A stretch of 64,000 nt of DNA from Escherichia coli (GCF_003019035.1 NZ_CP027447.1), one strand, 5' to 3'. Positions 35,789 through 46,565 are shown, numbered from the stretch's first letter. The notes: generated from the letters alone by a model not told the origin. Numbers and translations: made by a program.

Positions 35789-37133
35789 CCTTTTTTCTTG
35801 GCTGCAATTTGCTCAGACAGCCATGATAAGTTTCACGGTATTTAGCGCTCATATCCTTTCCGGTTTCATACATCGCGGAAATTATCTCATCCAGCGTAAT
35901 GCACGGCTCGCTTATGCGACTCAACGCCATCGTCGTTGCGTTGATAGCTTTCACAGCTGAAATAGCATTTCGTTCAATACAAGGAATTTGTACCTGCCCG
36001 CCAACTGGATCACAGGTCAAACCTAAATGGTGTTCCATTGCAATTTCTGCCGCGCTGAGTACCTGAGTCACTGACCCGCCCATAAGTTCTGCTAATCCTG
36101 CTGCCGCCATTGAACTGGCAACGCCTATTTCTCCCTGACATCCAACTTCAGACCCCAGAATAGAGGCATTTTTTTTGAACAGAATGGCGATGGCACCGGC
36201 GGTCAGAAAAAAGCGAGTAACGGAGTAAGTATCAAGTTCATGAATGAATTTATCATACCAACACAGTACGGCCGGGATAATACCGCTCGCGCCGTTGGTG
36301 GGTGCTGTCACGACGCGTCCACCAGCAGCATTTTCTTCGCTCACCGCAATGGCAAAAGTATTAACCCAATTGATCGCAGTCAGGAAGTCATTAGTAAACC
36401 CCTTTGCCTGCAACGATTTATATAAAGCACAGGCACGACGGTTAACCTGATACGGACCTGGAAGTAATCCTTCTGTATGCATCCCGCGATAGACCGCATC
36501 CTTCATTACTTCCCATTTTTTATTGAAATCGTCATGCAAAAAACCAGATGTCTGGCAGTGCAGTTCGTTTTTCATCATTAATGCCGCGACAGATAATCCG
36601 TTTTGCTGACAAAGTTTTAATAATTCGTTTGCGTTCTGGAATTCAAAAGGATGTGGAGTGACTGATGGAGGAATAATCGCCTCTCCTGCTTTTAGCACTT
36701 GACCGTCGCCGATAGAAAACCAGGTTTCTTCATAAAGTGTAAACCAGTCATCTCTGGCACGAAATGTCATCGCATAAGGGTGCCCCGGATGCGCCTGTGG
36801 ATTAGAAAGAATGGATACACTGACGTTGACACCAGGCATAACTTCCAGCGTCGCCTCAGTTTCTGCACGCCTGATGGCGGACATTTCCATGCGGATATCA
36901 ACACTGTCAGGTAAGTGGCCTTGCAAACCGAGATAAATCGCCACATCAACATTATGGCACTTGCGGCTTAATGACAGTGCACCATAAAGTTCGACATCAA
37001 TTTTCCGCAACAAAGGTAACATTTCTCGCTGTTTCAATTGTGAGACAAAATTATAAGCCGCACGCATTGGCCCGACAGTGCGGGAACTGGATGGACCTAT
37101 AACGATTTTGAATATATCTACGCAGCTTTCCAT
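35781..37133 (-). CDS. Fe-S L-serine dehydratase paralogue (SdaA/SdaB/TdcG family), about 450 aa (accessory island gene)
   Basis: Aligns by eye along its length with E. coli SdaA ([62 protein letters not shown]); start set to ATG at 37133 ([17 protein letters not shown]) rather than the upstream TTG. Confidence 0.85.
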   Translation of the reverse strand: MESCVDIFKIVIGPSSSRTVGPMRAAYNFVSQLKQREMLPLLRKIDVELYGALSLSRKCHNVDVAIYLGLQGHLPDSVDIRMEMSAIRRAETEATLEVMPGVNVSVSILSNPQAHPGHPYAMTFRARDDWFTLYEETWFSIGDGQVLKAGEAIIPPSVTPHPFEFQNANELLKLCQQNGLSVAALMMKNELHCQTSGFLHDDFNKKWEVMKDAVYRGMHTEGLLPGPYQVNRRACALYKSLQAKGFTNDFLTAINWVNTFAIAVSEENAAGGRVVTAPTNGASGIIPAVLCWYDKFIHELDTYSVTRFFLTAGAIAILFKKNASILGSEVGCQGEIGVASSMAAAGLAELMGGSVTQVLSAAEIAMEHHLGLTCDPVGGQVQIPCIERNAISAVKAINATTMALSRISEPCITLDEIISAMYETGKDMSAKYRETYHGCLSKLQPRKKDA

Positions 37134-37188
37134 TTTTGTAAATAATTCCTTCAACGTTGAAAACTCGTTATTCGTTATATCCTAGCAA

Positions 37189-37260
37189 AGATATCAAAAA
37201 TGGTACTTTTAGTATCTTATTATTTCAAGGTATCAAAAAAAGTACTTTTTTATCTTTTAT
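37189..37260. promoter_or_regulatory. Two direct-repeat copies of an approximately 27-bp palindrome-containing motif (TATCAAAAA..GTACTTTT..TATCTT) in the divergent island promoter; putative operator
   Basis: Copy 1 around 37191-37219, copy 2 around 37230-37258; copy 2 contains the perfect 16-bp palindrome AAAAAAGTACTTTTTT. Confidence 0.4.
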
Positions 37261-37343
37261 TTAACATTCACAACTGTGATTGTCAGATACATCAGCCTCT
37301 ACGAAATCTTATTATAATCATCGCAGATAAAAAGGAGCGGTAA

Positions 37344-38231
37344 ATGACGATTATTTATTTCTTGTCGCCAACAGGCATCGACATCACCCAAAAATGTCTG
37401 AAAGATTATCTGCAACATTTAAAGATTTCCCCCTCGGTGTTTTCGTTAACAACGAATTACAGTAGGCAAATAAATAGAGAGTATCTAAAGCTAGTATTAC
37501 CAAATGATGTTACCAACCCTGCTTTTTATGCTGGTTTACGTCACCGTGCTGATCATCATCATTTTGATTTTTTCCGCAAACCTACGGACTTACCGGCTGA
37601 GGGAATTATTGCCTTTGATATGGATTCCACCTTTGTTGAAGAGGAAGGTGTTGATGAAATAGCCCGTAGACTCGGCATCTCTGAAAAAATCACCGCACTG
37701 ACCCGTGAAGCGATGGAAGGGAAAATCGATTTTGATACCAGTTTTACCCGGCGAATTGCCATGCTTAAAGGAACGCATAAAGATATATTGCATCAAGTTT
37801 GTGAACAGATGACTCTTTCACCAGGTCTTGAAACTATTCTTCCCATACTAAAAGAAAAAGGATTCAAGACGGCAATTATATCTGGAGGTTTGGATATTTT
37901 TACTGAGCGATTGAAGGAAAAATATCAACTTGATTTTGCATTTTCTAACTCTGTGCGCATTAAGGAAGATCTGTTAACTGATACAATTACCTTACCTATT
38001 ATGAATGCAGAAAAGAAAAAGCAAACCCTGATAAATTTAGCGACAGAGTTAGCTATCTGCCGTGAAAACATCATTGCCTGCGGAGATGGCGCTAATGATA
38101 TTCCTATGCTTCTGCATGCCGGGAATGGCGTGGCATGGAAAGCAAAACCTAAAACCCGGGAAAAAGTTGCTAACCAGATTAATTTTAATGGTTTCGAGTC
38201 GCTTCTCTTTTTTATAGAAGAAAAATTATAG
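37344..38231 (+). CDS. HAD-superfamily phosphoserine-phosphatase-like protein (SerB paralogue), 295 aa (accessory island gene)
   Basis: HAD motifs DMDSTF (I), SGG (II), GDGANDIPML (III); collinear with SerB catalytic domain; AAGGAG Shine-Dalgarno 8 nt upstream of ATG. Confidence 0.8.
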   Translation: MTIIYFLSPTGIDITQKCLKDYLQHLKISPSVFSLTTNYSRQINREYLKLVLPNDVTNPAFYAGLRHRADHHHFDFFRKPTDLPAEGIIAFDMDSTFVEEEGVDEIARRLGISEKITALTREAMEGKIDFDTSFTRRIAMLKGTHKDILHQVCEQMTLSPGLETILPILKEKGFKTAIISGGLDIFTERLKEKYQLDFAFSNSVRIKEDLLTDTITLPIMNAEKKKQTLINLATELAICRENIIACGDGANDIPMLLHAGNGVAWKAKPKTREKVANQINFNGFESLLFFIEEKL

Positions 38232-38263
38232 CGCCATAAAGTTTACAGAAAAGGAAACTCACG

Positions 38264-39586
38264 ATGAGCTTGAAAAAATTTATTTTCAGCCAGGCCGACC
38301 AACCGGTGGTCAAACGGCAAGAAGAAGTTGATCATACTTATAAAAAATTTCGCATTGAAATCATCACCTCTGTATTTATCTCTTATGCCGTATTTTATTT
38401 AACCCGCAAGAATTTCTCTGCGGCCATGCCGGCGATGTTAACGGATACGTCATTAACTGCACAAGATTTCGCTATCATGTCGTCGGTCTTTTACATTCTT
38501 TATGGCTCCATGAAGTTTGTAGGTGGCATGTTAGTTGATAAAATTAATCCACGCGCGATGACCGGCCCCGTACTTATTGGCGTCGGTATTGTTAATATTC
38601 TTTTCGGTTTTTCAGACAGCGTTGCTGCGTTCTATATCCTGTACAGCCTTAATGCTATTCTTCAGGGTACCAGTTTTCCGCCGATGGCAAAAATTATGGC
38701 CTCGTGGTTCTCTAAAAATGAACGCGGGCGCTGGTGGGCAGTTGTTGAAGCGGCGCATAATATTGGCGGTAGTCTTGCGCCTCTCCTGACAAGCTTTGCT
38801 ATTGCTTTTAGTGGCAGCTGGAAGATGGGCTTTTATGTTCCGGGTGTAATCTCACTGATTATGGGGATTGTTGCCTTGTTTACGATAAAAGATCGTCCCG
38901 GCACGCTCGGTTTGCCTAACGTCGGTAAGTGGCGCAACGACCCGACAGAACTTGCACAAGTTAAAGCAAGTCCGGTTGATCTCAGTTTTTGGCAAATATT
39001 CGTTAAATATATTCTTACCAACCCATTAGTTTGGCTCATTATCCTCGGGGATATGTCGGTCTATATTGCACGCACCATCCTCAATGACTGGCCACAAATT
39101 TATTATTCTCAGGTTCATAACTGGAGCCTGATTAAAGCGAACTCCATTATATCCTGGTTTGAAGCAGGTGGACTTGCTGGGGGATTACTGGCGGGATACT
39201 TGTCCGATTTCATGTTTAAAAGTAACCGCTGGATGACCGGATTAATCTTTGCCATCGCTTTATGTATTTGCATCGTTCTCGTACCGCTGGTGCAGGACGT
39301 CTCCTATACATTAACGGCTATTCTGTTTACAATCATGGGGTTTGCATTGTATGGACCGCATATGTTATTCGCTGTCGGGTGTCTTGATGTTACGCATAAA
39401 GATGCGGCAGGTTCCATTACTGGATTCAGGGGCTTGTTTAGTTATTTAGGCGCGGCAATGGCAGGGCTTCCAGTTATTATGGTGAAAAACAGTTGGGAAT
39501 GGTCAGGAGTGTATATTTACGCCGTCATTACCATTTTGCTGACAACATTTTCACTGGCCTTACTGGCAAAATTTCATCGGTTATAA
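38264..39586 (+). CDS. MFS transporter of the organophosphate:phosphate antiporter (OPA) family, GlpT/UhpT/PgtP-like, 440 aa (accessory island gene)
   Basis: 12-TM MFS; OPA-family signatures (YLTRKNFSAAMP, WFSKNERGRWW, LYGPHMLFAVG, AAGSITGFRGLFSYLGA) resembling GlpT; Shine-Dalgarno AAGGA upstream. Confidence 0.8.
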   Translation: MSLKKFIFSQADQPVVKRQEEVDHTYKKFRIEIITSVFISYAVFYLTRKNFSAAMPAMLTDTSLTAQDFAIMSSVFYILYGSMKFVGGMLVDKINPRAMTGPVLIGVGIVNILFGFSDSVAAFYILYSLNAILQGTSFPPMAKIMASWFSKNERGRWWAVVEAAHNIGGSLAPLLTSFAIAFSGSWKMGFYVPGVISLIMGIVALFTIKDRPGTLGLPNVGKWRNDPTELAQVKASPVDLSFWQIFVKYILTNPLVWLIILGDMSVYIARTILNDWPQIYYSQVHNWSLIKANSIISWFEAGGLAGGLLAGYLSDFMFKSNRWMTGLIFAIALCICIVLVPLVQDVSYTLTAILFTIMGFALYGPHMLFAVGCLDVTHKDAAGSITGFRGLFSYLGAAMAGLPVIMVKNSWEWSGVYIYAVITILLTTFSLALLAKFHRL

Positions 39587-39610
39587 ATCCAGAAACGAAT
39601 TTCTGGCATT

Positions 39611-39637
39611 ATGCCCGGCGGGATCCGCGCCGGGCAT
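39611..39637. terminator. Hairpin ATGCCCGGCG-7nt-CGCCGGGCAT between island transporter gene and cirA (convergent), likely bidirectional terminator
   Basis: 10-bp GC-rich perfect inverted repeat; a second weaker hairpin CCAGAAA-CGAA-TTTCTGG lies at 39589-39606. Confidence 0.5.
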
Positions 39638-39644
39638 CTTCTCA

Positions 39645-41636
39645 TCAGAAGCGATAATCCACTGCCATAAAGTAACGACGTCCGTCTTCGTTATAGCTGT
39701 AGTCGTCACGACTGAGATCCTTGTCGCCAAGGTTCAGCACGCCTGCGCGCAGTTTGACGTCTTTAGTTACCTGCCAGGCCGCACCGGTATTCCAGATGGT
39801 ATAACCGCCCGGTGTTTTAGCCGTCGCGCTGTCGGCGCGTTTCTGCCCGGTATAGTGACCAGAAACATAGAATGACCAGTCTTCCAGCGCCAGCGGTTTC
39901 CAGTCCAGCGTACCGTTAGCAGTATGGAACGGCAGATCGGATAGCGGTTTGTTTTCGCCGTTGCTGACATCACGACCATCGTTGTAGGTGTAGTTGAGTG
40001 ACAGTTTCCATTCATCGTTGAACGGAATTTTCAGCTCGGTTTCCACGCCCTGAATACGTGCTTTGTTAACGTTGTAGTAGCTGAATACCGGTATGCGCCG
40101 TCCGTTAGCGCCCGTCTCAAAACCGACAAAGTTTTGGTAGCCCGGTGCAGCATTGACATCAGACGTACGGCTGATGCTGATGCGATCTTTCACATCGTTA
40201 CGGAAAACGGTAACGCTGGACTCCACCCCTTCCAGCCAGCCGTCTTCACCCATGTAGTAAAGCCCCAGCTCCCAACTTTCGCTGGTTTCTGGTTTCAGAT
40301 CCGGGCTACCCACAATCTTACATGCGCCACGGCAGGAATTGCTCGTCCAGTCAGGGCTAAGTTGCAACAGAGAAGGTGCTTTAAATGCCGTCGCCCAGCC
40401 CCCTTTCACCGTTACGGTGTCGGTGGCGTTATAAACCAGGTAGGCACGCGGACTCCAGTGTTCACCGTAGGTTTCGTGATCGTCCATACGCACGCCGGTC
40501 GTCAGCGCCAGCGGCTCGAAGATCCGCCATTCATCTTCCACAAACAGCGCGTACTGGCTGGCAGACGTTTTGGAGCTGGTTCCCCCGGTCAGGTTCACCG
40601 CATCGCTAAGTTTGTCGTGACGCCATTCACCGCCAACCGTGAGAAACTGATTAATCGCCGTCAGCGGCAACGTGTATTTGCCGTCGACCGTATTGCTTTC
40701 GGAAGTTATCGGGCTGCTGTTGCCAGGGTTTTTGTTCTCGACTTTCTCACCGTAGTATTTCAGTTCGCTGGTGCCGTAATCCCAACGCCCATTATGGCTG
40801 ACGGAGTAGTTCTGGCGTTCCAGGCGGTTTTTGTCCAGCGAGTCGGAATCACGATCCTGACGGTCGAAACCGTATCCGGCAGTAAAATCGTGATTTTGAT
40901 TCGGTGTCCAGGCAAATTCGACATTGCCGTCGCGGCTGGAGAATCCTTCAATACGCGGCGTTTCTCCGGTATCGGTGGTCGTTGAGTTTTGCGGGTCATC
41001 CTTTTCACGTTTTGCCAGGCTGCCGTAAGCTTTCATTCCCAGCACACCATCAATTAATGGTCCACTGGTAAAGAACTGACCGTTATAGGTATCACCGCGA
41101 TCGCGATGTTCCTGAATGGTGGTATCGACGGTAACGGTACCCGACCATTTCTGACCGATTTTTTTGGTGATGATATTCACTACACCGCCGAGTGCATCGG
41201 AACCGTACAGCGACGACATCGGGCCACGGACCACTTCAATACGTTCGATGGAATCGACCGGGATCCAGTTCAGATCGAAATCATTGTGGCGGAAGACGGC
41301 ATTGCGGGAGTTAACGCGTTTACCGTCGACAAGAATCAGGGTGTAGCTGCTGTCCAGACCACGAATACTAACGCCCTTACGGTTATCCCCTTCGTTCGTC
41401 AGTTGTACGCCAGGCACTTCTTTGAGCACATCCTTCAGATTCTGTACCGGTTTTCGCTGCAGGTCTTCCTGGGTAATGACGCTGATACTGGCGGGTGCAT
41501 CTTTAAGGTTTTGCTCAACGGAAGATGCAGTGACAACCATCGTTTCGCCATCATCATCGACCGCTAACACAGGCCATGCACAAGAAATAGCGGACAAACA
41601 CAGCCCGACCCGTACGAAAGGGTTCAACCTAAACAT
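39645..41636 (-). CDS. cirA: TonB-dependent catecholate siderophore / colicin I receptor CirA, 663 aa
   Basis: Signal peptide [25 protein letters not shown], TonB box, C-terminal aromatic residue; length. Confidence 0.93.
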   Translation of the reverse strand: MFRLNPFVRVGLCLSAISCAWPVLAVDDDGETMVVTASSVEQNLKDAPASISVITQEDLQRKPVQNLKDVLKEVPGVQLTNEGDNRKGVSIRGLDSSYTLILVDGKRVNSRNAVFRHNDFDLNWIPVDSIERIEVVRGPMSSLYGSDALGGVVNIITKKIGQKWSGTVTVDTTIQEHRDRGDTYNGQFFTSGPLIDGVLGMKAYGSLAKREKDDPQNSTTTDTGETPRIEGFSSRDGNVEFAWTPNQNHDFTAGYGFDRQDRDSDSLDKNRLERQNYSVSHNGRWDYGTSELKYYGEKVENKNPGNSSPITSESNTVDGKYTLPLTAINQFLTVGGEWRHDKLSDAVNLTGGTSSKTSASQYALFVEDEWRIFEPLALTTGVRMDDHETYGEHWSPRAYLVYNATDTVTVKGGWATAFKAPSLLQLSPDWTSNSCRGACKIVGSPDLKPETSESWELGLYYMGEDGWLEGVESSVTVFRNDVKDRISISRTSDVNAAPGYQNFVGFETGANGRRIPVFSYYNVNKARIQGVETELKIPFNDEWKLSLNYTYNDGRDVSNGENKPLSDLPFHTANGTLDWKPLALEDWSFYVSGHYTGQKRADSATAKTPGGYTIWNTGAAWQVTKDVKLRAGVLNLGDKDLSRDDYSYNEDGRRYFMAVDYRF

Positions 41637-41814
41637 TCCATATCTCCATGAGGTAACTACGAAAATAAAATGGGTTATCGCTCACATCTTCTTCATGTCC
41701 CCTTGCGTACGGCAGCATCGCGGTGGACTTATTTGTATGCAGGTGATCATCCCAGAAAGCCGGAAGAGCCTCTGATTTGTCAGCCTTTTTTGATTGCGGC
41801 GTAACGATAATGCA

Positions 41815-41850
41815 AACGATAACAATTATCAATCCAAATGATAAATTTTA
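41815..41850 (-). promoter_or_regulatory. Fur-box-like region in the cirA promoter (GATAATGCAAACGATAACAATTATCAATCC)
   Basis: GATAAT/ATTATC hexamer arrays resembling the Fur consensus GATAATGATAATCATTATC; cirA is known to be Fur-regulated. Confidence 0.45.
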
Positions 41851-41879
41851 TATCCGCATGATTTGTCAGGGAAATGGAA

Positions 41880-41909
41880 TTGAAAAAGCCCTCTCGGTTG
41901 AGAGGGCTT
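41880..41909 (-). terminator. Rho-independent terminator of lysP
   Basis: Hairpin AAGCCCTCTC-GGTT-GAGAGGGCTT followed on the minus strand by a U-run (plus-strand GAAAAA). Confidence 0.6.
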
Positions 41910-41928
41910 AGCAAGGAAGGGAGGAAAC

Positions 41929-43398
41929 TTATTTCTTATCGTTCTGCGGGAACTTCATTTCGCTGTAACGTACGAAGTGTGTTCCTTTAATCAGCTTGTA
42001 GCCGAACCAAATAATCAGGAACAGCGGGATACCAATATACGTTGCCGCTACGCCGCCCCAGTCAATGGTATCTTTCAGGAACGCTTCGTAGTTCTGGCCC
42101 AAAGTGATAATCAGACACAGAATGAATGCGAAGATCGGCCCCAGTGGGAAGAAACCTGAACGGTACGGCAGATCGTTAATGTCGTGTCCCTGCAATACGT
42201 AACCGCGACGGAAGCGGTAGTGGCTAATGGCAATCCCCAGCCAGGCGATAAAACCCGTCATCCCGGAGGTGTTCAGCAGCCACAGGTATACCGTCTGGTT
42301 GCCAAACATGGAGGTCAGGAAGCACAGACCGGCAATCACCGTCGTCGCATACAGCGCATTACGCGGCACGCCACCACGCGACAGTTTAGCGAAAATGCGC
42401 GGCGCTTTACCGTCACACGCCAGAGTGTACAGCATACGAGTAGACGCATACATACCGGAGTTACCCGCTGACAGCACCGCCGTCAGAATAACTGCGTTCA
42501 TCACCGCCGCCGCAGAGAGCAGACCCGCGTGCTGGAACACCAGGGTGAACGGACTAACGCTGATGTCTTTAACATCGTTACGCAGCAGGCTCGGATCGGT
42601 GTACGGAATAATCAGGCTGATAATCAGGATCGCGAACACATAGAACAACAGGATTCGCCAGAACACCTGACGTACCGCGCGTGGAATGTTTTTCGCCGGA
42701 TCTTCGGACTCGCCTGCAGCAATACCGATCAGTTCGGTTCCCTGGAAAGAGAAGCCGACAATCATAGCTACGCCGATCATCGCCGCAAAACCACCAGCAA
42801 ACGGCGCTTCGCCGATTGTCCAGTTGCTCCAGCCTGCAGGCTGCGCGCCTTTGAAGATACCGATAATCATCAGCACGCCAACGATGATAAAGACAATAAC
42901 TGTCGTGACTTTGATCAGTGAGAACCAGTATTCCGCTTCACCAAAGCCGCGAACAGAGATGTAGTTCAACAGGAAGATAACGCCGAGGAACAGCGCACTC
43001 CAGATCCAGCCCGGTGTATCCGGGAACCACCAGCTCATGACTAGCTGAGCTGCAACCAGGTCAACGGCGATAGTCACCGCCCAGTTGTACCAGTAGTTCC
43101 AGCCCAGCGCGAAGCCAAAGCCTTCTTCAACATAGTTCTGACCGTAAGTGGCAAACGAACCGGAAACCGGCATATATGCAGCCAGTTCACCGAGACTGGT
43201 CATCAGGAAGTAAACCATCAGGCCAATCAGCATATACGAGAGCAATGCCCCGCCCGGACCTGCCTGAGAAATCGTTGCGCCAGAGGCAACAAAAAGACCT
43301 GTACCGATGGAACCGCCAATGGCAATCATCGTCAGGTGACGCGCCTTTAATTCACGGCGTAAGCCCGGCGCTTCTGTAGTTTTAGTTTCGGAACCCAT
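41929..43398 (-). CDS. lysP: Lysine-specific permease LysP (APC family), 489 aa
   Basis: 12-TM amino-acid permease; length and synteny. Confidence 0.93.
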   Translation of the reverse strand: MGSETKTTEAPGLRRELKARHLTMIAIGGSIGTGLFVASGATISQAGPGGALLSYMLIGLMVYFLMTSLGELAAYMPVSGSFATYGQNYVEEGFGFALGWNYWYNWAVTIAVDLVAAQLVMSWWFPDTPGWIWSALFLGVIFLLNYISVRGFGEAEYWFSLIKVTTVIVFIIVGVLMIIGIFKGAQPAGWSNWTIGEAPFAGGFAAMIGVAMIVGFSFQGTELIGIAAGESEDPAKNIPRAVRQVFWRILLFYVFAILIISLIIPYTDPSLLRNDVKDISVSPFTLVFQHAGLLSAAAVMNAVILTAVLSAGNSGMYASTRMLYTLACDGKAPRIFAKLSRGGVPRNALYATTVIAGLCFLTSMFGNQTVYLWLLNTSGMTGFIAWLGIAISHYRFRRGYVLQGHDINDLPYRSGFFPLGPIFAFILCLIITLGQNYEAFLKDTIDWGGVAATYIGIPLFLIIWFGYKLIKGTHFVRYSEMKFPQNDKK

Positions 43399-43602
43399 AC
43401 AAAAATGCTATCCATCTTAAAAATGAGGCGCGATTGTAGCAGACGATTGGCAATCCTTCCGGCAGAAATACACGGTTATAAGACACCTTCATGATCGCCC
43501 AGGGATTATAAGTAAAGCAGCCAATCTCTTTTCTGGCGAATGCATGCTGAGGGCGCTGCGTCACGAAATCGACACAGCACCAGCATGTTCTTGTACAGCA
43601 AC

Positions 43603-44484
43603 TTAACGCGGTACATTCGCGGGATCGCAATAGTCCAGAAAGCGCCGTAGCGCGTTGGAAAGGTGTTTTTGCCGATGATGTATACGCCACAACGTACGCA
43701 TCAGGCGCGGCAGAGGGACCGCAACTTCACTTAATGTGCCTGCCTGCAATTGATCTTCAATCACCCGTCGCGACAGGCAACTAATTCCCAACCCATGACG
43801 CACCGCATGTTTGATTGCCTCGGAGTTACCTAATTCCATCGCCATCTCAAACTTCGGTAAATGTGACAGCAACAGATAATCGACAATCTCCCGCGTGCCG
43901 GAACCGCGTTCACGCAGGATCCACGGCGCAGCGGCCAGCTGCTCTAAGGTGACCGGACCACGGGCCAACGGCGAAGTCGGGGCGGCGAAAACCACCAGCT
44001 CGTCTTCCAGCCACGGTTCAGAGATGATTTCAGTGCTGTGGCACGGTCCTTCAATAAAGCCAATATCAACGCGGAAATCCAGCACCGCTTGCATCACGTC
44101 CTGGCTGTTCCCAACGCTAAGTTCAATCGGCAACTGCGGATAATCATGGCGATAACGGGCGATAACTGCAGGCAGAATGTAGTTACCGATAGTACTACTG
44201 GCATAGATACGAATCGCGCCGTTGTCTTCGCGAAACAGTTGTTCGATTTCAACCGCCTGTTCAAGCAGTGCCAACGCTCGCGGATAGAGCAGCCGCCCGT
44301 GTTCATTAACTACCAGTCTTTTCCCCACGCGATCAAACAGTTGAACGCCAAGCTGCCCTTCCAGGTCGGTCAAGGCTGCGCTCACTGCTGATTGCGACAA
44401 CGCCAGCATCACCGACGCCTGGGTGGTTGATCCACTTTTCAATACTTCTGCAAAAACTTCCAACTGCCGGAGGGTGATGTGCAT
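43603..44484 (-). CDS. yeiE: LysR-family transcriptional regulator YeiE, 293 aa
   Basis: N-terminal LysR HTH ([24 protein letters not shown]); divergent from yeiH. Confidence 0.88.
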
Positions 44485-44582
44485 AGTCGCTTACCACTTA
44501 TAAAGATTAATTATAAATATATAATCAATTTTATTTTTAAACCAGTTAGTCGTAACCTTATGCCCGGTTAAAGGAGAGGGTT

Positions 44583-45632
44583 ATGACGAATATCACCTTA
44601 CAGAAACAACATCGTACACTGTGGCATTTTATTCCGGGGTTAGCCCTGAGTGCAGTTATCACCGGGGTCGCCCTGTGGGGTGGTTCCATTCCCGCGGTTG
44701 CGGGTGCCGGGTTTAGTGCCCTCACCCTCGCAATCTTGTTGGGGATGGTTTTAGGCAACACCATCTATCCGCACATCTGGAAAAGCTGTGACGGTGGTGT
44801 GCTGTTTGCCAAGCAATATTTATTACGTCTGGGTATCATTCTTTATGGCTTCCGTCTGACGTTCTCGCAAATTGCCGATGTCGGTATCAGTGGGATCATC
44901 ATTGACGTGCTGACGCTGTCCAGTACCTTCCTGCTGGCTTGCTTCCTGGGGCAGAAAGTGTTTGGTCTGGATAAGCACACCAGCTGGTTGATCGGTGCCG
45001 GTAGCAGTATCTGTGGTGCTGCCGCGGTACTGGCGACTGAGCCGGTAGTGAAAGCGGAAGCCAGTAAAGTAACCGTGGCTGTTGCAACCGTTGTTATCTT
45101 CGGGACCGTCGCGATTTTCCTCTACCCGGCGATATATCCGCTGATGTCTCAATGGTTTAGTCCGGAAACTTTCGGTATCTACATTGGTTCTACTGTGCAC
45201 GAAGTGGCGCAGGTGGTGGCGGCAGGTCATGCCATCAGCCCGGATGCAGAAAACGCAGCAGTTATTTCCAAAATGCTGCGCGTGATGATGCTGGCTCCGT
45301 TCCTCATCCTGCTGGCGGCGCGTGTTAAACAGCTGTCTGGGGCGAACAGCGGCGAGAAAAGCAAAATCACTATTCCGTGGTTTGCCATCTTGTTCATCGT
45401 AGTTGCCATCTTTAACTCGTTCCACCTGTTACCGCAGAGCGTAGTGAACATGCTGGTAACGCTGGATACCTTCCTGCTGGCAATGGCGATGGCGGCGCTG
45501 GGTCTGACTACTCACGTCAGCGCGCTGAAAAAAGCCGGGGCGAAACCTCTGCTGATGGCTCTGGTACTGTTTGCCTGGCTGATTGTTGGTGGTGGTGCGA
45601 TTAACTATGTGATTCAAAGCGTCATCGCATAA
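44583..45632 (+). CDS. yeiH: UPF0324 family inner membrane protein YeiH, 349 aa
   Basis: Polytopic membrane ORF divergent from yeiE. Confidence 0.88.
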   Translation: MTNITLQKQHRTLWHFIPGLALSAVITGVALWGGSIPAVAGAGFSALTLAILLGMVLGNTIYPHIWKSCDGGVLFAKQYLLRLGIILYGFRLTFSQIADVGISGIIIDVLTLSSTFLLACFLGQKVFGLDKHTSWLIGAGSSICGAAAVLATEPVVKAEASKVTVAVATVVIFGTVAIFLYPAIYPLMSQWFSPETFGIYIGSTVHEVAQVVAAGHAISPDAENAAVISKMLRVMMLAPFLILLAARVKQLSGANSGEKSKITIPWFAILFIVVAIFNSFHLLPQSVVNMLVTLDTFLLAMAMAALGLTTHVSALKKAGAKPLLMALVLFAWLIVGGGAINYVIQSVIA

Positions 45633-45648
45633 ACCACTACATCTTGCT

Positions 45649-45696
45649 CCTGTTAACCCGCTATCATTACCGTTTTCCTCCAGCGGGTTTAACAGG
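45649..45696 (+). promoter_or_regulatory. Long stem-loop between yeiH and nfo whose 3' arm contains the nfo Shine-Dalgarno sequence
   Basis: CCTGTTAACCCGCT-19nt-AGCGGGTTTAACAGG (14 bp with a 1-nt bulge); AGGAG of the right arm lies 9 nt upstream of the nfo ATG. Confidence 0.4.
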
Positions 45697-45705
45697 AGTC
45701 CTCGC

Positions 45706-46563
45706 ATGAAATACATTGGAGCGCACGTTAGTGCTGCTGGCGGTCTGGCAAATGCCGCAATTCGCGCCGCCGAAATCGACGCAACCGCGTTTGCCTTGTT
45801 CACCAAAAACCAACGTCAGTGGCGTGCCGCACCGCTCACGACGCAAACCATCGATGAATTCAAAGCCGCCTGTGAAAAATATCACTACACATCGGCGCAA
45901 ATTCTTCCCCACGACAGTTATCTGATTAACCTCGGACATCCGGTCACTGAAGCTCTGGAAAAATCGCGCGATGCCTTTATAGATGAAATGCAGCGTTGCG
46001 AACAGCTGGGGCTTTCTTTGCTCAACTTCCACCCTGGCAGCCATCTGATGCAGATTTCAGAAGAGGATTGCCTTGCGCGTATTGCCGAATCCATCAACAT
46101 TGCGCTGGATAAAACTCATGGTGTGACAGCGGTGATTGAAAACACCGCCGGTCAGGGCAGTAACTTAGGGTTTAAATTCGAACATCTCGCGGCGATTATC
46201 GACGGCGTGGAAGATAAATCCCGCGTCGGCGTCTGCATTGATACCTGCCATGCTTTCGCTGCCGGGTATGATTTGCGTACTTCTGCCGAATGCGAGAAAA
46301 CGTTCGCGGATTTTGCCCGTATTGTCGGCTTTAAGTATCTGCGCGGGATGCACCTTAACGATGCGAAAAGCACCTTTGGCAGCCGCGTTGACCGCCATCA
46401 TAGCCTCGGTGAAGGCAATATCGGTCATGATGCGTTCCGCTGGATCATGCAGGACGACCGTTTCGACGGCATTCCGCTGATCCTTGAAACCATCAACCCG
46501 GATATCTGGGCAGAAGAGATCGCCTGGCTGAAAGCGCAACAAACTGAAAAAGCGGTAGCCTGA
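45706..46563 (+). CDS. nfo: Endonuclease IV (Nfo), 285 aa
   Basis: AP endonuclease family 2 TIM barrel; N-terminus [14 protein letters not shown]. Confidence 0.93.
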   Translation: MKYIGAHVSAAGGLANAAIRAAEIDATAFALFTKNQRQWRAAPLTTQTIDEFKAACEKYHYTSAQILPHDSYLINLGHPVTEALEKSRDAFIDEMQRCEQLGLSLLNFHPGSHLMQISEEDCLARIAESINIALDKTHGVTAVIENTAGQGSNLGFKFEHLAAIIDGVEDKSRVGVCIDTCHAFAAGYDLRTSAECEKTFADFARIVGFKYLRGMHLNDAKSTFGSRVDRHHSLGEGNIGHDAFRWIMQDDRFDGIPLILETINPDIWAEEIAWLKAQQTEKAVA

Positions 46564-46565
46564 AG

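Noticed and set aside
35390-39586. Island as a prophage remnant, integron cassette or transposon
   Set aside because: No integrase, recombinase, transposase, phage structural genes, attC-like site or terminal inverted repeats were found; the content is purely metabolic plus regulator, so it is better described as a metabolic islet of unknown acquisition mechanism.
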